Of a stretch of 64,000 bases of DNA, positions 37,473-45,855 are shown in pieces (position 1 is the stretch's first letter; each line of letters starts with the position of its first letter). Both the position numbers and the translations under genes were made by a program. Under the pieces are notes generated by a model. That model did not search any database. It saw nothing but the letters and a program-made list of their open reading frames with translations, and was not told the origin of the DNA. The stretch is taken from the sequence record MH595538.1; one strand, 5' to 3'.

Positions 37473-39146
37473 ATGCCGATTAATATTGTTAACCGCAATG
37501 CAGAGATTATTATTGTACAGAATTTTACTTTAGCTGCATCGGATATTGCGAATAGACTTTTAATTAAGAAACCAGAATATCGCGATGATGTACAGCGTTT
37601 CTTTTTCGTGGTAGATACTAAACGACTTCGTTTTGCTCTCATGGAAATTACATCTGAAAGAGGCGCGCCGTGGGGAGATCTTATCTTCGCATCGGATGAT
37701 GTAACGAATACCCTGGAGCCTGGATTCATCATCGAATCGGATGAAAGTTTCCTTGTCGTAGATATCCATGAAGAGACGGATCCGTTAGACTCTGATAACA
37801 CCACCGAGTATCGATATCGTTGTAATGCAGTACTGGAAAATGACTTCATTGACGTCGACGATCTAATGCAAAATACCGATTTCTCTAGCAACTGGAAGCT
37901 AGAGCAAATCATGAAGTTAAAGAATCCTCCTTTGATCGCAGGTGACTTAGAAAATATTTGGGCAGAATTACTGAATGAGTGTCATACTACGTCTACCCCG
38001 GAGTCTTTCGTCAACAAGCATCATGATGGCCATTTTGTTGACTATGTGCTGTCCGATGAATTCAAAGCGATGTCTGAGATCTTACCTTATTTAGGTAATG
38101 GCCGCGGGTACGGTGCGAGACAGATCGTAGAAGAAATGGCGCTAGCTAAGCTTAGCGGAATCGAGTACGATAAAGGATTTGATTTTGTTAAATACATGAA
38201 AGCACTTCCTTCTAGCGAGAATCTGCTAGCTCATCCAAATTCTATTCCGCATACCAGCTTTATGCGCAATCACGTCAGCGAGAAGATAACCGAGTCTTTA
38301 GACAATGCGATTAACGGACCTATTAAGGACATGATAGATGCAGCGATTCCTGACGTCAGCGGTTTCCTAAAGGTGAATAAAATGTCTTTTACTGGCGATC
38401 TCAACACAGTAAAAACAGCAGGTACTTATACGGTAGGAGATGCAGCATCCAGCCTTCCAAGCTGGAAGAGATCTGGATGTGATTTCATGACAATGATTGT
38501 ATCTCCTCATGCTTCTAATAATGGCGTGCAAATATTATTAGACTCCGACTATGACAGTTTGGGTGATGACGATATTCCATTCCTTGCTTGGCGAGCATGG
38601 GAAGGAAGTAACTGGACCGATTGGGTAAGAGCCGCTACTTCTAAAGAAGTAGCGCATTTTCAAGCGAGTATCGACGCGGTCCAATCGGAATTAAGTGGCC
38701 TCTCTGATAATCTGACTAAGTCACAATGGATGGATTTGGGAACGTTCGATAACGATTCATCATTAGGCACGACGTCAATAGAAATACCAAATTTTCCTTA
38801 CGGAAACATAGTTGTAGAGCAGTTAACATCTGGGCTTAAAATAAAGTACAAGGCCATGTTCGATAAGAACAGGCACTTCATCACAATTATCGGCGACTAT
38901 GATAATTTTTCTTCAAGTAATTCTGGGAGTAATGCCGGAACCTGGGCGGCCAGTACTGAAGATACAGGAGTTACTGAAGTCTCTATTGGAACGGACGTCA
39001 ATCAACATGACGTAAGGTCTTATCGAATCACTCATACGATGGCAGACCTTATTACTGGAAATGTCTTCAAAACCAATATCCTTGAGTTTCAAGCAATTCC
39101 GGTCACTGGTGCTAACCACAGGCTGATGATCAAGGTAGAACTTTAG
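37473..39146 (+). CDS. Putative fibre protein with a knob domain (weak family E similarity)
   Basis: DLNTVKTAGTY...GVQILL...AWRAWEGSNWTDW. LEPGFII motif near the N-terminus. Confidence 0.6.
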   Translation: MPINIVNRNAEIIIVQNFTLAASDIANRLLIKKPEYRDDVQRFFFVVDTKRLRFALMEITSERGAPWGDLIFASDDVTNTLEPGFIIESDESFLVVDIHEETDPLDSDNTTEYRYRCNAVLENDFIDVDDLMQNTDFSSNWKLEQIMKLKNPPLIAGDLENIWAELLNECHTTSTPESFVNKHHDGHFVDYVLSDEFKAMSEILPYLGNGRGYGARQIVEEMALAKLSGIEYDKGFDFVKYMKALPSSENLLAHPNSIPHTSFMRNHVSEKITESLDNAINGPIKDMIDAAIPDVSGFLKVNKMSFTGDLNTVKTAGTYTVGDAASSLPSWKRSGCDFMTMIVSPHASNNGVQILLDSDYDSLGDDDIPFLAWRAWEGSNWTDWVRAATSKEVAHFQASIDAVQSELSGLSDNLTKSQWMDLGTFDNDSSLGTTSIEIPNFPYGNIVVEQLTSGLKIKYKAMFDKNRHFITIIGDYDNFSSSNSGSNAGTWAASTEDTGVTEVSIGTDVNQHDVRSYRITHTMADLITGNVFKTNILEFQAIPVTGANHRLMIKVEL

Positions 39147-39155
39147 AATATATCC

Positions 39156-39177
39156 AGAGGCCCCCTAGGGGGCCTCT
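39156..39177. terminator. Perfect 22-bp palindrome, probable terminator hairpin
   Basis: AGAGGCCCC-CTAG-GGGGCCTCT. Confidence 0.7.
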
Positions 39178-39225
39178 TGTTTAATACGTCCATGAATTAA
39201 AATATCCTCAAAGTCAACTGCGCGA

Positions 39226-39235
39226 AATCTTTTAG
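39226..39235 (+). promoter_or_regulatory. Candidate late promoter motif AATCTTTTAG
   Basis: Between a hairpin and the family B triplet. Confidence 0.5.
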
Positions 39236-39265
39236 ACTAGATTGAAAATCAATACCGGAGCGACA

Positions 39266-40330
39266 ATGTTAGTTTTTGATACTTTAGTCCAGGCTGCCAG
39301 TGTTGGTACCTCGGAAACTAATTACATTTATGTCAAGGAAACTCAAAAGTTTTACAAGGTTACTTTCAAAGAAAATGCAATAAGAAAATCCGTTCCTCAT
39401 AATCAAGATACTCACTTGCTTGAAGAAGCACTGCCCAATCTGGATGAGTTCTTTAAAACCGATGCCAGTAAGTTAATTTTTAATGATGTCTCAGGTCGCC
39501 ATCGAGTAACAAATAGCATTTCAAGTGATCCTGAAGAACCAGGCACGCTACTTTTAAAACAAGATATGACTAAGGACAATCTGAGTATTAATGCGGTAGA
39601 GATCAATTATATCACTCAGAATCTGGATGAGTTATTAGAAACAAGACATTACTCGGCCGGCAATGCCAGTTCTGGACGCCATGCAAACAGTCCTCTAATT
39701 ACGGGAGGCACTGAAAGAGTATTAGTAAAAGTAATGCGGTTGCCTCAGATAAACGGAAAGACGTTTGTGCGCCAAGAAATACACCAGGGCCATGCGGTTA
39801 ACGCAAGCACCAAGGTAACCTTCTGGCATCGCATTATAGAACTCAATAGCAATGGAACGATCGCCAATAAGTCAGATTGGCTAGAAGCAACGATTGGCAA
39901 ATCTGCAATGGATCTAGATGGATCCACCAATTATGCTGATGTAGCAACAGGCACGGGCAATGTGAGTGCTGGTACCAACACGGTATTGTCCATAAGCGGC
40001 GTGCGCAAAGGCAAGTATTTGATGTGCGCTGAGTTCAATTGTCGAGCACAAGGCAGTACGGCAGGTACAATGGTTTTAAGGCCTCGTATAAATTCTGCAG
40101 ATATCCCTATCGATGACGACGCCACTATTGCAATCACTGGTGAGCTGGTAGGAAATACGGACAGTAGCTTTGCTGAATATTCGTCAGTTAGTTATCACGG
40201 ATTAATCAACGTACCTAGTAATTCTTCTCAGGTTCAAGTGGCTGTAGATATTAGCATCGACTACCGTGTGAATAGTGACCAGAATGCCAGGCCAAACCTG
40301 TTCCTTTATCATCTTCCTGATTTCTCATAG
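39266..40330 (+). CDS. Putative fibre protein: N-module B, knob domain, jelly-roll tip
   Basis: Start moved to ATG 39266 (GGAG RBS). VFDTL..A...YIYVKE...YKV. Confidence 0.6.
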   Translation: MLVFDTLVQAASVGTSETNYIYVKETQKFYKVTFKENAIRKSVPHNQDTHLLEEALPNLDEFFKTDASKLIFNDVSGRHRVTNSISSDPEEPGTLLLKQDMTKDNLSINAVEINYITQNLDELLETRHYSAGNASSGRHANSPLITGGTERVLVKVMRLPQINGKTFVRQEIHQGHAVNASTKVTFWHRIIELNSNGTIANKSDWLEATIGKSAMDLDGSTNYADVATGTGNVSAGTNTVLSISGVRKGKYLMCAEFNCRAQGSTAGTMVLRPRINSADIPIDDDATIAITGELVGNTDSSFAEYSSVSYHGLINVPSNSSQVQVAVDISIDYRVNSDQNARPNLFLYHLPDFS

Positions 40331-40338
40331 GAGTTTTT

Positions 40339-41427
40339 ATGGTTACTGTAGATAGCCTCTCCGACGCTAAGTTTCTAGATCCGTTTACAGCAGATCTTAT
40401 TCTAGTTAAAAACGACAACAAATATTATCGAATACGCCCTATCATAGATGCAACCAAGGCATCGATCCCTATGAATTTCGGAGGGTATGTATTAGAAGAA
40501 ACCGCCGAGCCTGCTGACGCCCTTTCTGTATTTAAACCGATTTATGTAAGCTATGACGAGCAAACAAAAAGATATCGTCAGTTAAGAGGCACTATCTTTT
40601 TTAGCGATGACCGCGATGTAGCTTTGATTAAAGATATTGATGATGTAGATATTGATCATTCTCCAGAAGTGGCAAGTGCAAACTTAAATATGAATTTGTT
40701 GTTAAGTAATACTCGATACGTTTTCAAGTCAGTGCCGATGACCAATCTTCTTAATGGACCTTCCATTGACGCAAACTCAGGAATGATCTTAGTAGAGACA
40801 ACCAAATACGAGGTGGCGAGTAGCGCTTATTTTGAAGTCATTCAAGATGTTTACCTGGCCGACCCGGATGACAATGAGGACTTTGCTGATCATTATCGAC
40901 GAGTACTGCATGTGAGAGAATCCGACTCTGTAATAACGGCACAGACCGGATGGTTTAAGTTCGATATCTCGGTACAGTCATGGTATTTTTATGACCATGC
41001 ATGTTATCATGAATATGTTACTTCTACCACAACCGACATCGATAGCGGCGCGACTGACATTGTATCTCAAACCGGCGTTAAGAAAGGATGGTACATAGTT
41101 ATTGCCGAAGCCAACGCTCGCCTACATAGAGACGAGACAAGAAATTATGGCATTGCCTCGCTTTTTATAAATGAAGCAGAATATGTCATGCCAGGTACGA
41201 CTCGTACTCATCGCGGATGGGAAACGGCTGTTGGTAACGCAGGGAGTAGTTTTCATGACTATAAAGGCAATCGTCTAATAAAAACTATCTTTGTGCCTTC
41301 TGATGACGCGACGGTAACGCTGCGCCATAATTCACCCGGCGGAAGACGTTATAACGGAGGGGAGTCAGTGAGGCCGAAGTTACTGCTGTTTCCACTGCCG
41401 TATCCTAAGGAAAACTATCATGAATAG
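40339..41427 (+). CDS. Putative fibre protein: N-module B, knob domain, jelly-roll tip
   Basis: VDSL.DAK...DLILVK...YYRI and GWYIVIAEAN. Collinear with its neighbours. Confidence 0.6.
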   Translation: MVTVDSLSDAKFLDPFTADLILVKNDNKYYRIRPIIDATKASIPMNFGGYVLEETAEPADALSVFKPIYVSYDEQTKRYRQLRGTIFFSDDRDVALIKDIDDVDIDHSPEVASANLNMNLLLSNTRYVFKSVPMTNLLNGPSIDANSGMILVETTKYEVASSAYFEVIQDVYLADPDDNEDFADHYRRVLHVRESDSVITAQTGWFKFDISVQSWYFYDHACYHEYVTSTTTDIDSGATDIVSQTGVKKGWYIVIAEANARLHRDETRNYGIASLFINEAEYVMPGTTRTHRGWETAVGNAGSSFHDYKGNRLIKTIFVPSDDATVTLRHNSPGGRRYNGGESVRPKLLLFPLPYPKENYHE

Positions 41428-41442
41428 CGAGGATTCCAGCGT

Positions 41443-42528
41443 ATGATCACTGCTCCAACTTTGGCAGCGGCTAAGCTGCTTTCTATTTTGACAACGGATC
41501 TTATTTACGTTGAAGAAAATGCAACTTATTATAAAGTCACTGAGGCATTAAAAGCTGTTAGATCTTCGGTCCCTATGAGTGCAGCAGGATATGTCTTAGA
41601 GTCAACCTTGCCTGACATGGGATCGACTAGCGCCATACTCTCAGGTAACTTAACTTACGATGAAACTTCTCGTCGCTATAATGTAAATGACCTACCTGAC
41701 ATCGAGACTCTTCATGATGATGATATCGCGTTACTCCAGGATTATCATGTCGATAATAGAAATAAAGAATATACAGTGCTGACCGGACAAGTTGACTTCA
41801 ATACGTTACTGGCAGAAGGTGACTATATCATCAATACGACCCTGCGTACCGATAGTTGTCCGCCGCTAGATACTGGTGTGGAACAAGTTCATTTGGTGAA
41901 TAAACTTGCCGATTTTGAAGATGGCGAGTGGAGGACAGTGATTCAAACGGTTTATCCATTGATTGCTGACGGTAAACCCGTAGATCAAATACCGTTCATC
42001 AGAACCTGGCAAACTGCGGGGGATACTGATAACTTTGACATGGGTACTCGATGGAAACATTATGGCGCGGAAGAACTATTAGGAGTTCCGGAAGAACAAA
42101 CTCGCTATTCAGTCAAGACGACTAACCAAGCAACATGGCTCTCTGAAGACAACTGGGTAGATGCTCTGATTATACCCGGGGTTAAAAGAGGATGGTACAT
42201 GGCCAATTGTTACATTCATGGCTACTCCGATTCTAATTCCAGAGCATACCTTATGAGCATACTTACAATCAATAACTCTACTTATATCCCGGATGACGAT
42301 AATACATCATTTAGATTCTGGGATAACTGCGATTCCACGCTGGCGGATTCCAATAGTCGTTACTGGTGTAATCATCAGTTCTGTATGCCTATTTATATTC
42401 CATCAGATAACGCCTCAGTTAGAGTAAGAACCTATTCCAGTAAGACGTTCTCATCTTTAGCAGAACAAGGACACTATGGGTTCATGATCTTAGAGCCATT
42501 AGGCTGGCCTCCCGTTAAGTATATTTAA
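41443..42528 (+). CDS. Putative fibre protein: N-module B, knob domain, jelly-roll tip
   Basis: APTL.AAK...DLIYVE...YYKV, DFNTLLAEGDY and GWYMANCY. Confidence 0.6.
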   Translation: MITAPTLAAAKLLSILTTDLIYVEENATYYKVTEALKAVRSSVPMSAAGYVLESTLPDMGSTSAILSGNLTYDETSRRYNVNDLPDIETLHDDDIALLQDYHVDNRNKEYTVLTGQVDFNTLLAEGDYIINTTLRTDSCPPLDTGVEQVHLVNKLADFEDGEWRTVIQTVYPLIADGKPVDQIPFIRTWQTAGDTDNFDMGTRWKHYGAEELLGVPEEQTRYSVKTTNQATWLSEDNWVDALIIPGVKRGWYMANCYIHGYSDSNSRAYLMSILTINNSTYIPDDDNTSFRFWDNCDSTLADSNSRYWCNHQFCMPIYIPSDNASVRVRTYSSKTFSSLAEQGHYGFMILEPLGWPPVKYI

Positions 42529-42531
42529 GTA

Positions 42532-42557
42532 ATAGAGAGGCCCTAGGGCCTCTCTAT
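42532..42557. terminator. Perfect 26-bp palindrome, probable terminator hairpin
   Basis: ATAGAGAGGCC-CTAG-GGCCTCTCTAT followed by a T-tract. Confidence 0.75.
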
Positions 42558-42574
42558 ATTTTTTCACCTAAACG

Positions 42575-42584
42575 AATCTTTTGA
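42575..42584 (+). promoter_or_regulatory. Candidate late promoter motif AATCTTTTGA
   Basis: After a terminator. Identical to the 10-mer at 19611. Confidence 0.5.
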
Positions 42585-42609
42585 ATAACCCCTTGGAAAG
42601 GATTTAATC

Positions 42610-43251
42610 ATGAGTAATAATAACGCACCTGCTATGTATAGCCCAGCATGGTTTGATCAGCAGCGCAGACTTAACCAAGCCATTGCTGAAAAAGGCGATG
42701 TCGATAAAGACGGATTGCCCGATTCAGAAGGTAAAAGGACAGGATCTGGCTTAGGTTTCTCTTTCACAGGCATCGTAATGGGCGGTGACGACGTACTCAC
42801 GCTAGCAGATCAAACGACGCATTATGCAGGCACTGTTCCGCATTTTGACTTTGTTGAAAATTTGCAAACTCTATTTTGTTCAGAGGCAAAGGTAGTTGAC
42901 TTTGACGGCACCGGTAATCAGATCCAATTATCATCAATAGGCCTCTCTATGGGCCTGAAGCAAATTACGGCTAGTCTAACCTTAAACTATGAGTTATCTG
43001 CGGCTACAGACCTTGAAGTAATTCCTACGTTTAAGCTAGAGAACTCTTCGGCATCAGAAGAAACTAAAAACACAACAGTGTACCATAAGCACCTCCCGCT
43101 TACTGATTCAGGCTCCAATGATATCACTATCGATATGCCTATCACTTATAATGATGATTTAGAGAAGATTACCTTCAGCGCTCTATTAAAATCTCCGGTT
43201 GATCTTAAGGTCAAAGTATTAAACATCAAAATTAAGATAGAGGCAGTATAA
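42610..43251 (+). CDS. Putative virion protein (N-module A, beta-sandwich)
   Basis: APAMYSPAW...AEKGDVDKDGLPD. C-domain resembles the end of 26013. Confidence 0.6.
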   Translation: MSNNNAPAMYSPAWFDQQRRLNQAIAEKGDVDKDGLPDSEGKRTGSGLGFSFTGIVMGGDDVLTLADQTTHYAGTVPHFDFVENLQTLFCSEAKVVDFDGTGNQIQLSSIGLSMGLKQITASLTLNYELSAATDLEVIPTFKLENSSASEETKNTTVYHKHLPLTDSGSNDITIDMPITYNDDLEKITFSALLKSPVDLKVKVLNIKIKIEAV

Positions 43252-43985
43252 TGACTAAGCTATATAGAAATGGCAGCCGTATTGTATTTGAAAAAGGCTT
43301 GCAAGTGAATGAGTATTCTTCAGTCACACTTACTAGGTCGAATGATAAGTTTCGTTTCTTCTCAGGCGGGAAATTAGTTTATCTCATCCACGAGAATGAT
43401 ATTGCCAGTCTTAAGAGCCAAATCGACACGGATTGGTGGGAAGGAACGATACCTGGCAATGTAGTCGATCGAGAAAATCGTATCAGAGCATGGTTGAATG
43501 AATCTGTGGATTTAGTAACTTCAGATAAGGCCGGATTAGTAGCAGTAAAGAAAGATCCTGCTGACCTTACAACAACTACAGCTGATGATGTTACGTTCAC
43601 CGAGTTTAGTGCATTAGCGCCGGCTTATAATATCGCAGTATTAGACTTAGCCTCCGCCAGTGGTGATCGTGATTACTTATTTGAAATGGAAGCAGATTCT
43701 AAGTCTGGCGCTATCTTAGGATTTGGTTTCCAAGATACGGCACTGGCAATGGTCAGATGTGAGCATGCCGCAGAAAAGATCTATGTCAAAGCGATTCTTT
43801 CTTATCGACATTCTGATACTAGACTTAAGTTTAGAATAATCGAAACTAATGCACCGAGGACGACTGGTCTTGGTGACGATATAATCGAAGAAGTTATCAG
43901 TCAGCCTGGAGATGCTATTCTTCTAGGAATTATTTCCAATAGTCCTGACAATGTTAGTTCTAGCATTAAAAAGATTGTATGGTAA
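43251..43985 (+). CDS. Putative virion protein, paralog of 29584-30342
   Basis: See 29584. Start overlaps the upstream stop. Confidence 0.6.
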   Translation: MTKLYRNGSRIVFEKGLQVNEYSSVTLTRSNDKFRFFSGGKLVYLIHENDIASLKSQIDTDWWEGTIPGNVVDRENRIRAWLNESVDLVTSDKAGLVAVKKDPADLTTTTADDVTFTEFSALAPAYNIAVLDLASASGDRDYLFEMEADSKSGAILGFGFQDTALAMVRCEHAAEKIYVKAILSYRHSDTRLKFRIIETNAPRTTGLGDDIIEEVISQPGDAILLGIISNSPDNVSSSIKKIVW

Positions 43986-43987
43986 TC

Positions 43988-44009
43988 AGAGAGGCTTTAA
44001 GGCCTTTCT
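43988..44009 (+). terminator. Intrinsic terminator
   Basis: AGAGAGGC...GCCTTTCT followed by a T-tract. Confidence 0.6.
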
Positions 44010-44018
44010 ATTTTATCG

Positions 44019-44028
44019 AATCCCATGG
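44019..44028 (+). promoter_or_regulatory. Candidate late promoter motif AATCCCATGG
   Basis: Variant match after a terminator. Confidence 0.35.
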
Positions 44029-44061
44029 AGTGAAATGTTTCGTAAAAAGGATTGAAACAAA

Positions 44062-44532
44062 ATGAACAAGAACGACATTATTCGTTTACATAAGCAAACA
44101 AAAGACGGTTTAGTTGGCACTAACTGGGTTATCGTAAATAACGCACTGTATGCGCGTCTAAAGGCTATTTCCGATCGCACTGGACTCTCTGTCATTTCTT
44201 CTTATAAACAGGGCGTATCGTATCCTCACAGCCACTGTGTAATGGCTAATAATACCATTTTTCATGTAACCGCTGATTTCCATGGCAAAGGTCGATTAAT
44301 CGATCTTAAGAAGCGATCTGTGAAAGAAGGGTTTATGCCAGTTTATGATTTAACTGAAGATAAGGCATTTATTAAAGACCAGCTTGTATTCAAAGATGGT
44401 CAATTATGTCGCTGTGTCAATGACTCGGTAACGGCTAAAGATTTAGAACTGGTTGACGTTAAAGCAGGGATGTTTATACGCAGTTTTAATAACGGTCAAA
44501 ATATCGACGGTGTTCTTGTTGAAATTATTTAA
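44062..44532 (+). CDS. Small protein with N-module C and two degenerate CBM-like repeats
   Basis: N..I..L.....DG.....WVIV aligns without gaps to the 54849-56666 N-terminus. Confidence 0.6.
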   Translation: MNKNDIIRLHKQTKDGLVGTNWVIVNNALYARLKAISDRTGLSVISSYKQGVSYPHSHCVMANNTIFHVTADFHGKGRLIDLKKRSVKEGFMPVYDLTEDKAFIKDQLVFKDGQLCRCVNDSVTAKDLELVDVKAGMFIRSFNNGQNIDGVLVEII

Positions 44533-44559
44533 ATAGAGAGGGCTCATGCCCTCTCTATT
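44532..44559 (+). terminator. Intrinsic terminator
   Basis: AATAGAGAGGGC-TCAT-GCCCTCTCTATT. Confidence 0.7.
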
Positions 44560-44570
44560 ATACTTAAATG

Positions 44571-44580
44571 AATCAAATAG
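44571..44580 (+). promoter_or_regulatory. Candidate late promoter motif AATCAAATAG
   Basis: AATCAAATAGAT versus AATCGAATAGAT at 47186. Confidence 0.45.
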
Positions 44581-44581
44581 A

Positions 44582-44617
44582 TTTATATTTATATATATTT
44601 ATATATATATATATATA
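44582..44617. repeat. Imperfect (AT)n microsatellite
   Basis: TTT-ATA-TTT-ATATATA-TTT-(AT)8A. The only such tract noticed in the window. Confidence 0.9.
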
Positions 44618-44634
44618 AATACGGAGATAAGCAA

Positions 44635-44782
44635 ATGGCGATTACTGAATATCCCAACCTCCGACATAGAAGACACTCCGCCAGGAGCAATTCTTTATTT
44701 CGACGGAGTACTGCCCAAGCATCCCGCCGTGGCATCCTGGTCCGATGATCGATTTGTTTATGATGTCCCTCCTCCTTTGTGA
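44635..44782 (+). pseudogene. Internally deleted paralog of the 45856/47217 fibre genes
   Basis: RBS plus MAITEYPNL (compare MAINDYANL at 47217; 21/26 nt identical), joined out of frame to ...AILYFDGVLPKHP...PPPL*, which matches the C-termini of 47217 and 45856. Confidence 0.75.
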
Positions 44783-44786
44783 TGAT

Positions 44787-44810
44787 TACAGGGGTCATTT
44801 GGCCCCTGTA
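44787..44810 (+). terminator. Intrinsic terminator
   Basis: TACAGGGGTC-ATTT-GGCCCCTGTA followed by TATTTT. Confidence 0.7.
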
Positions 44811-44856
44811 TATTTTAATACCTTTTTGAAATTAAATGACAATAAAGGAGTTACTT

Positions 44857-45801
44857 ATGGCTACTGCTAAAATGTCCCCTATGGCTCGTAATGAAGAGAA
44901 AGCTAAAAAAGGATGGATCAGATACGGAAGAAAATATGGGTTCCCTGATTGTTGCATAGAAGCTTTCTGTGACAATAAACAAATAAGAAAAGATTCTTTC
45001 TTTTCCGGCAGTGGGTTCTTAAGGGGACCGTGCTGTATTGATAAGGACCCTCATTTAATACTGAAAGAGATTAGAGAAAGAAGACAGCATCACATACCCT
45101 TTCCTATTTCTTCAGACTCGTTGCATCTATGTGACTTAGGTCAATTATTGCCTAACTGGTATGATGAAGGAAAAGAAGGATATAAAAAGGTCTGTTACGA
45201 TGAATGGGTTAAGAATAAATACTTTCGTAAGTTTAAGACTGATACCACGGTTACTGTCGTTGGTTCAAGAGAAATAACCAATGAGGAGACTAGTGATCTT
45301 TATGCGATCACATCTAAATTGATCAATGGAGATATCGGCATATCAACAAGCTGTGCTCCGGGCTCAGATGCCGCAGCAGTTAGGGCATGTCGTGATCATT
45401 CTGTTGTTACTGGCGTCCCTTTATCAGACGTCCCATTGCAAGTATGGATGCCCAAGGAAAGTAATCGCGGACTTACCGTCGATAATAAGAATTTCTTTTG
45501 TTTGGATGAACACATGCGAATGTTTGCCTATGCACAATTAAAACACGCAGGCATAAGCTGGATCGATAACATGCAAGGAATCGGACGAGAGTATTATTTG
45601 CGTAACGTCTATCAGATCCATCTAAAGGACTACATGCGCACCGACCTAGTTATCTTTTGTGCTGATGAAAATAAACATGGAGACCCCAAAGGAGGAACTG
45701 CAATTGCCGTTAAGGTAGCTCGCAGTCTAGATATTCAAGCACTTAATATAAGAAATGAAAATGACCGAAAGACGATCAAGAAACTATTGCCGATGATTTA
45801 A
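44857..45801 (+). CDS. Cys-rich N-domain fused to a SLOG/DprA(Smf)-like domain
   Basis: Start at ATG 44857 (AAGGAG RBS). GFPDCCIEAF N-domain, then VTVVGSRE, STSCAPGSD and GGTAIAVKVA...I..LNI. Confidence 0.65.
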   Translation: MATAKMSPMARNEEKAKKGWIRYGRKYGFPDCCIEAFCDNKQIRKDSFFSGSGFLRGPCCIDKDPHLILKEIRERRQHHIPFPISSDSLHLCDLGQLLPNWYDEGKEGYKKVCYDEWVKNKYFRKFKTDTTVTVVGSREITNEETSDLYAITSKLINGDIGISTSCAPGSDAAAVRACRDHSVVTGVPLSDVPLQVWMPKESNRGLTVDNKNFFCLDEHMRMFAYAQLKHAGISWIDNMQGIGREYYLRNVYQIHLKDYMRTDLVIFCADENKHGDPKGGTAIAVKVARSLDIQALNIRNENDRKTIKKLLPMI

Positions 45802-45825
45802 TGTGCCTAGGTCCTTTTAAGTTTT

Positions 45826-45835
45826 AATCATTTAG
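45826..45835 (+). promoter_or_regulatory. Candidate late promoter motif AATCATTTAG
   Basis: 20 nt upstream of the 45856 start. Confidence 0.45.
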
Positions 45836-45855
45836 AGACCAAAGAGGACCTACCT

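Noticed and set aside
44546-44782. 78-aa ORF MPSLLY...IYIYIYIY... as a real gene
   Set aside because: It starts inside a terminator hairpin and reads through the (AT)n tract. Only its last 40 or so codons are meaningful, as the tail of the deleted gene.
44635-44782. Programmed +1 frameshift joining MAITEYPNL to the C-terminal frame
   Set aside because: No recognisable slippery site, and the product would be about 49 aa lacking the body of the paralogs. A deletion explains it better.
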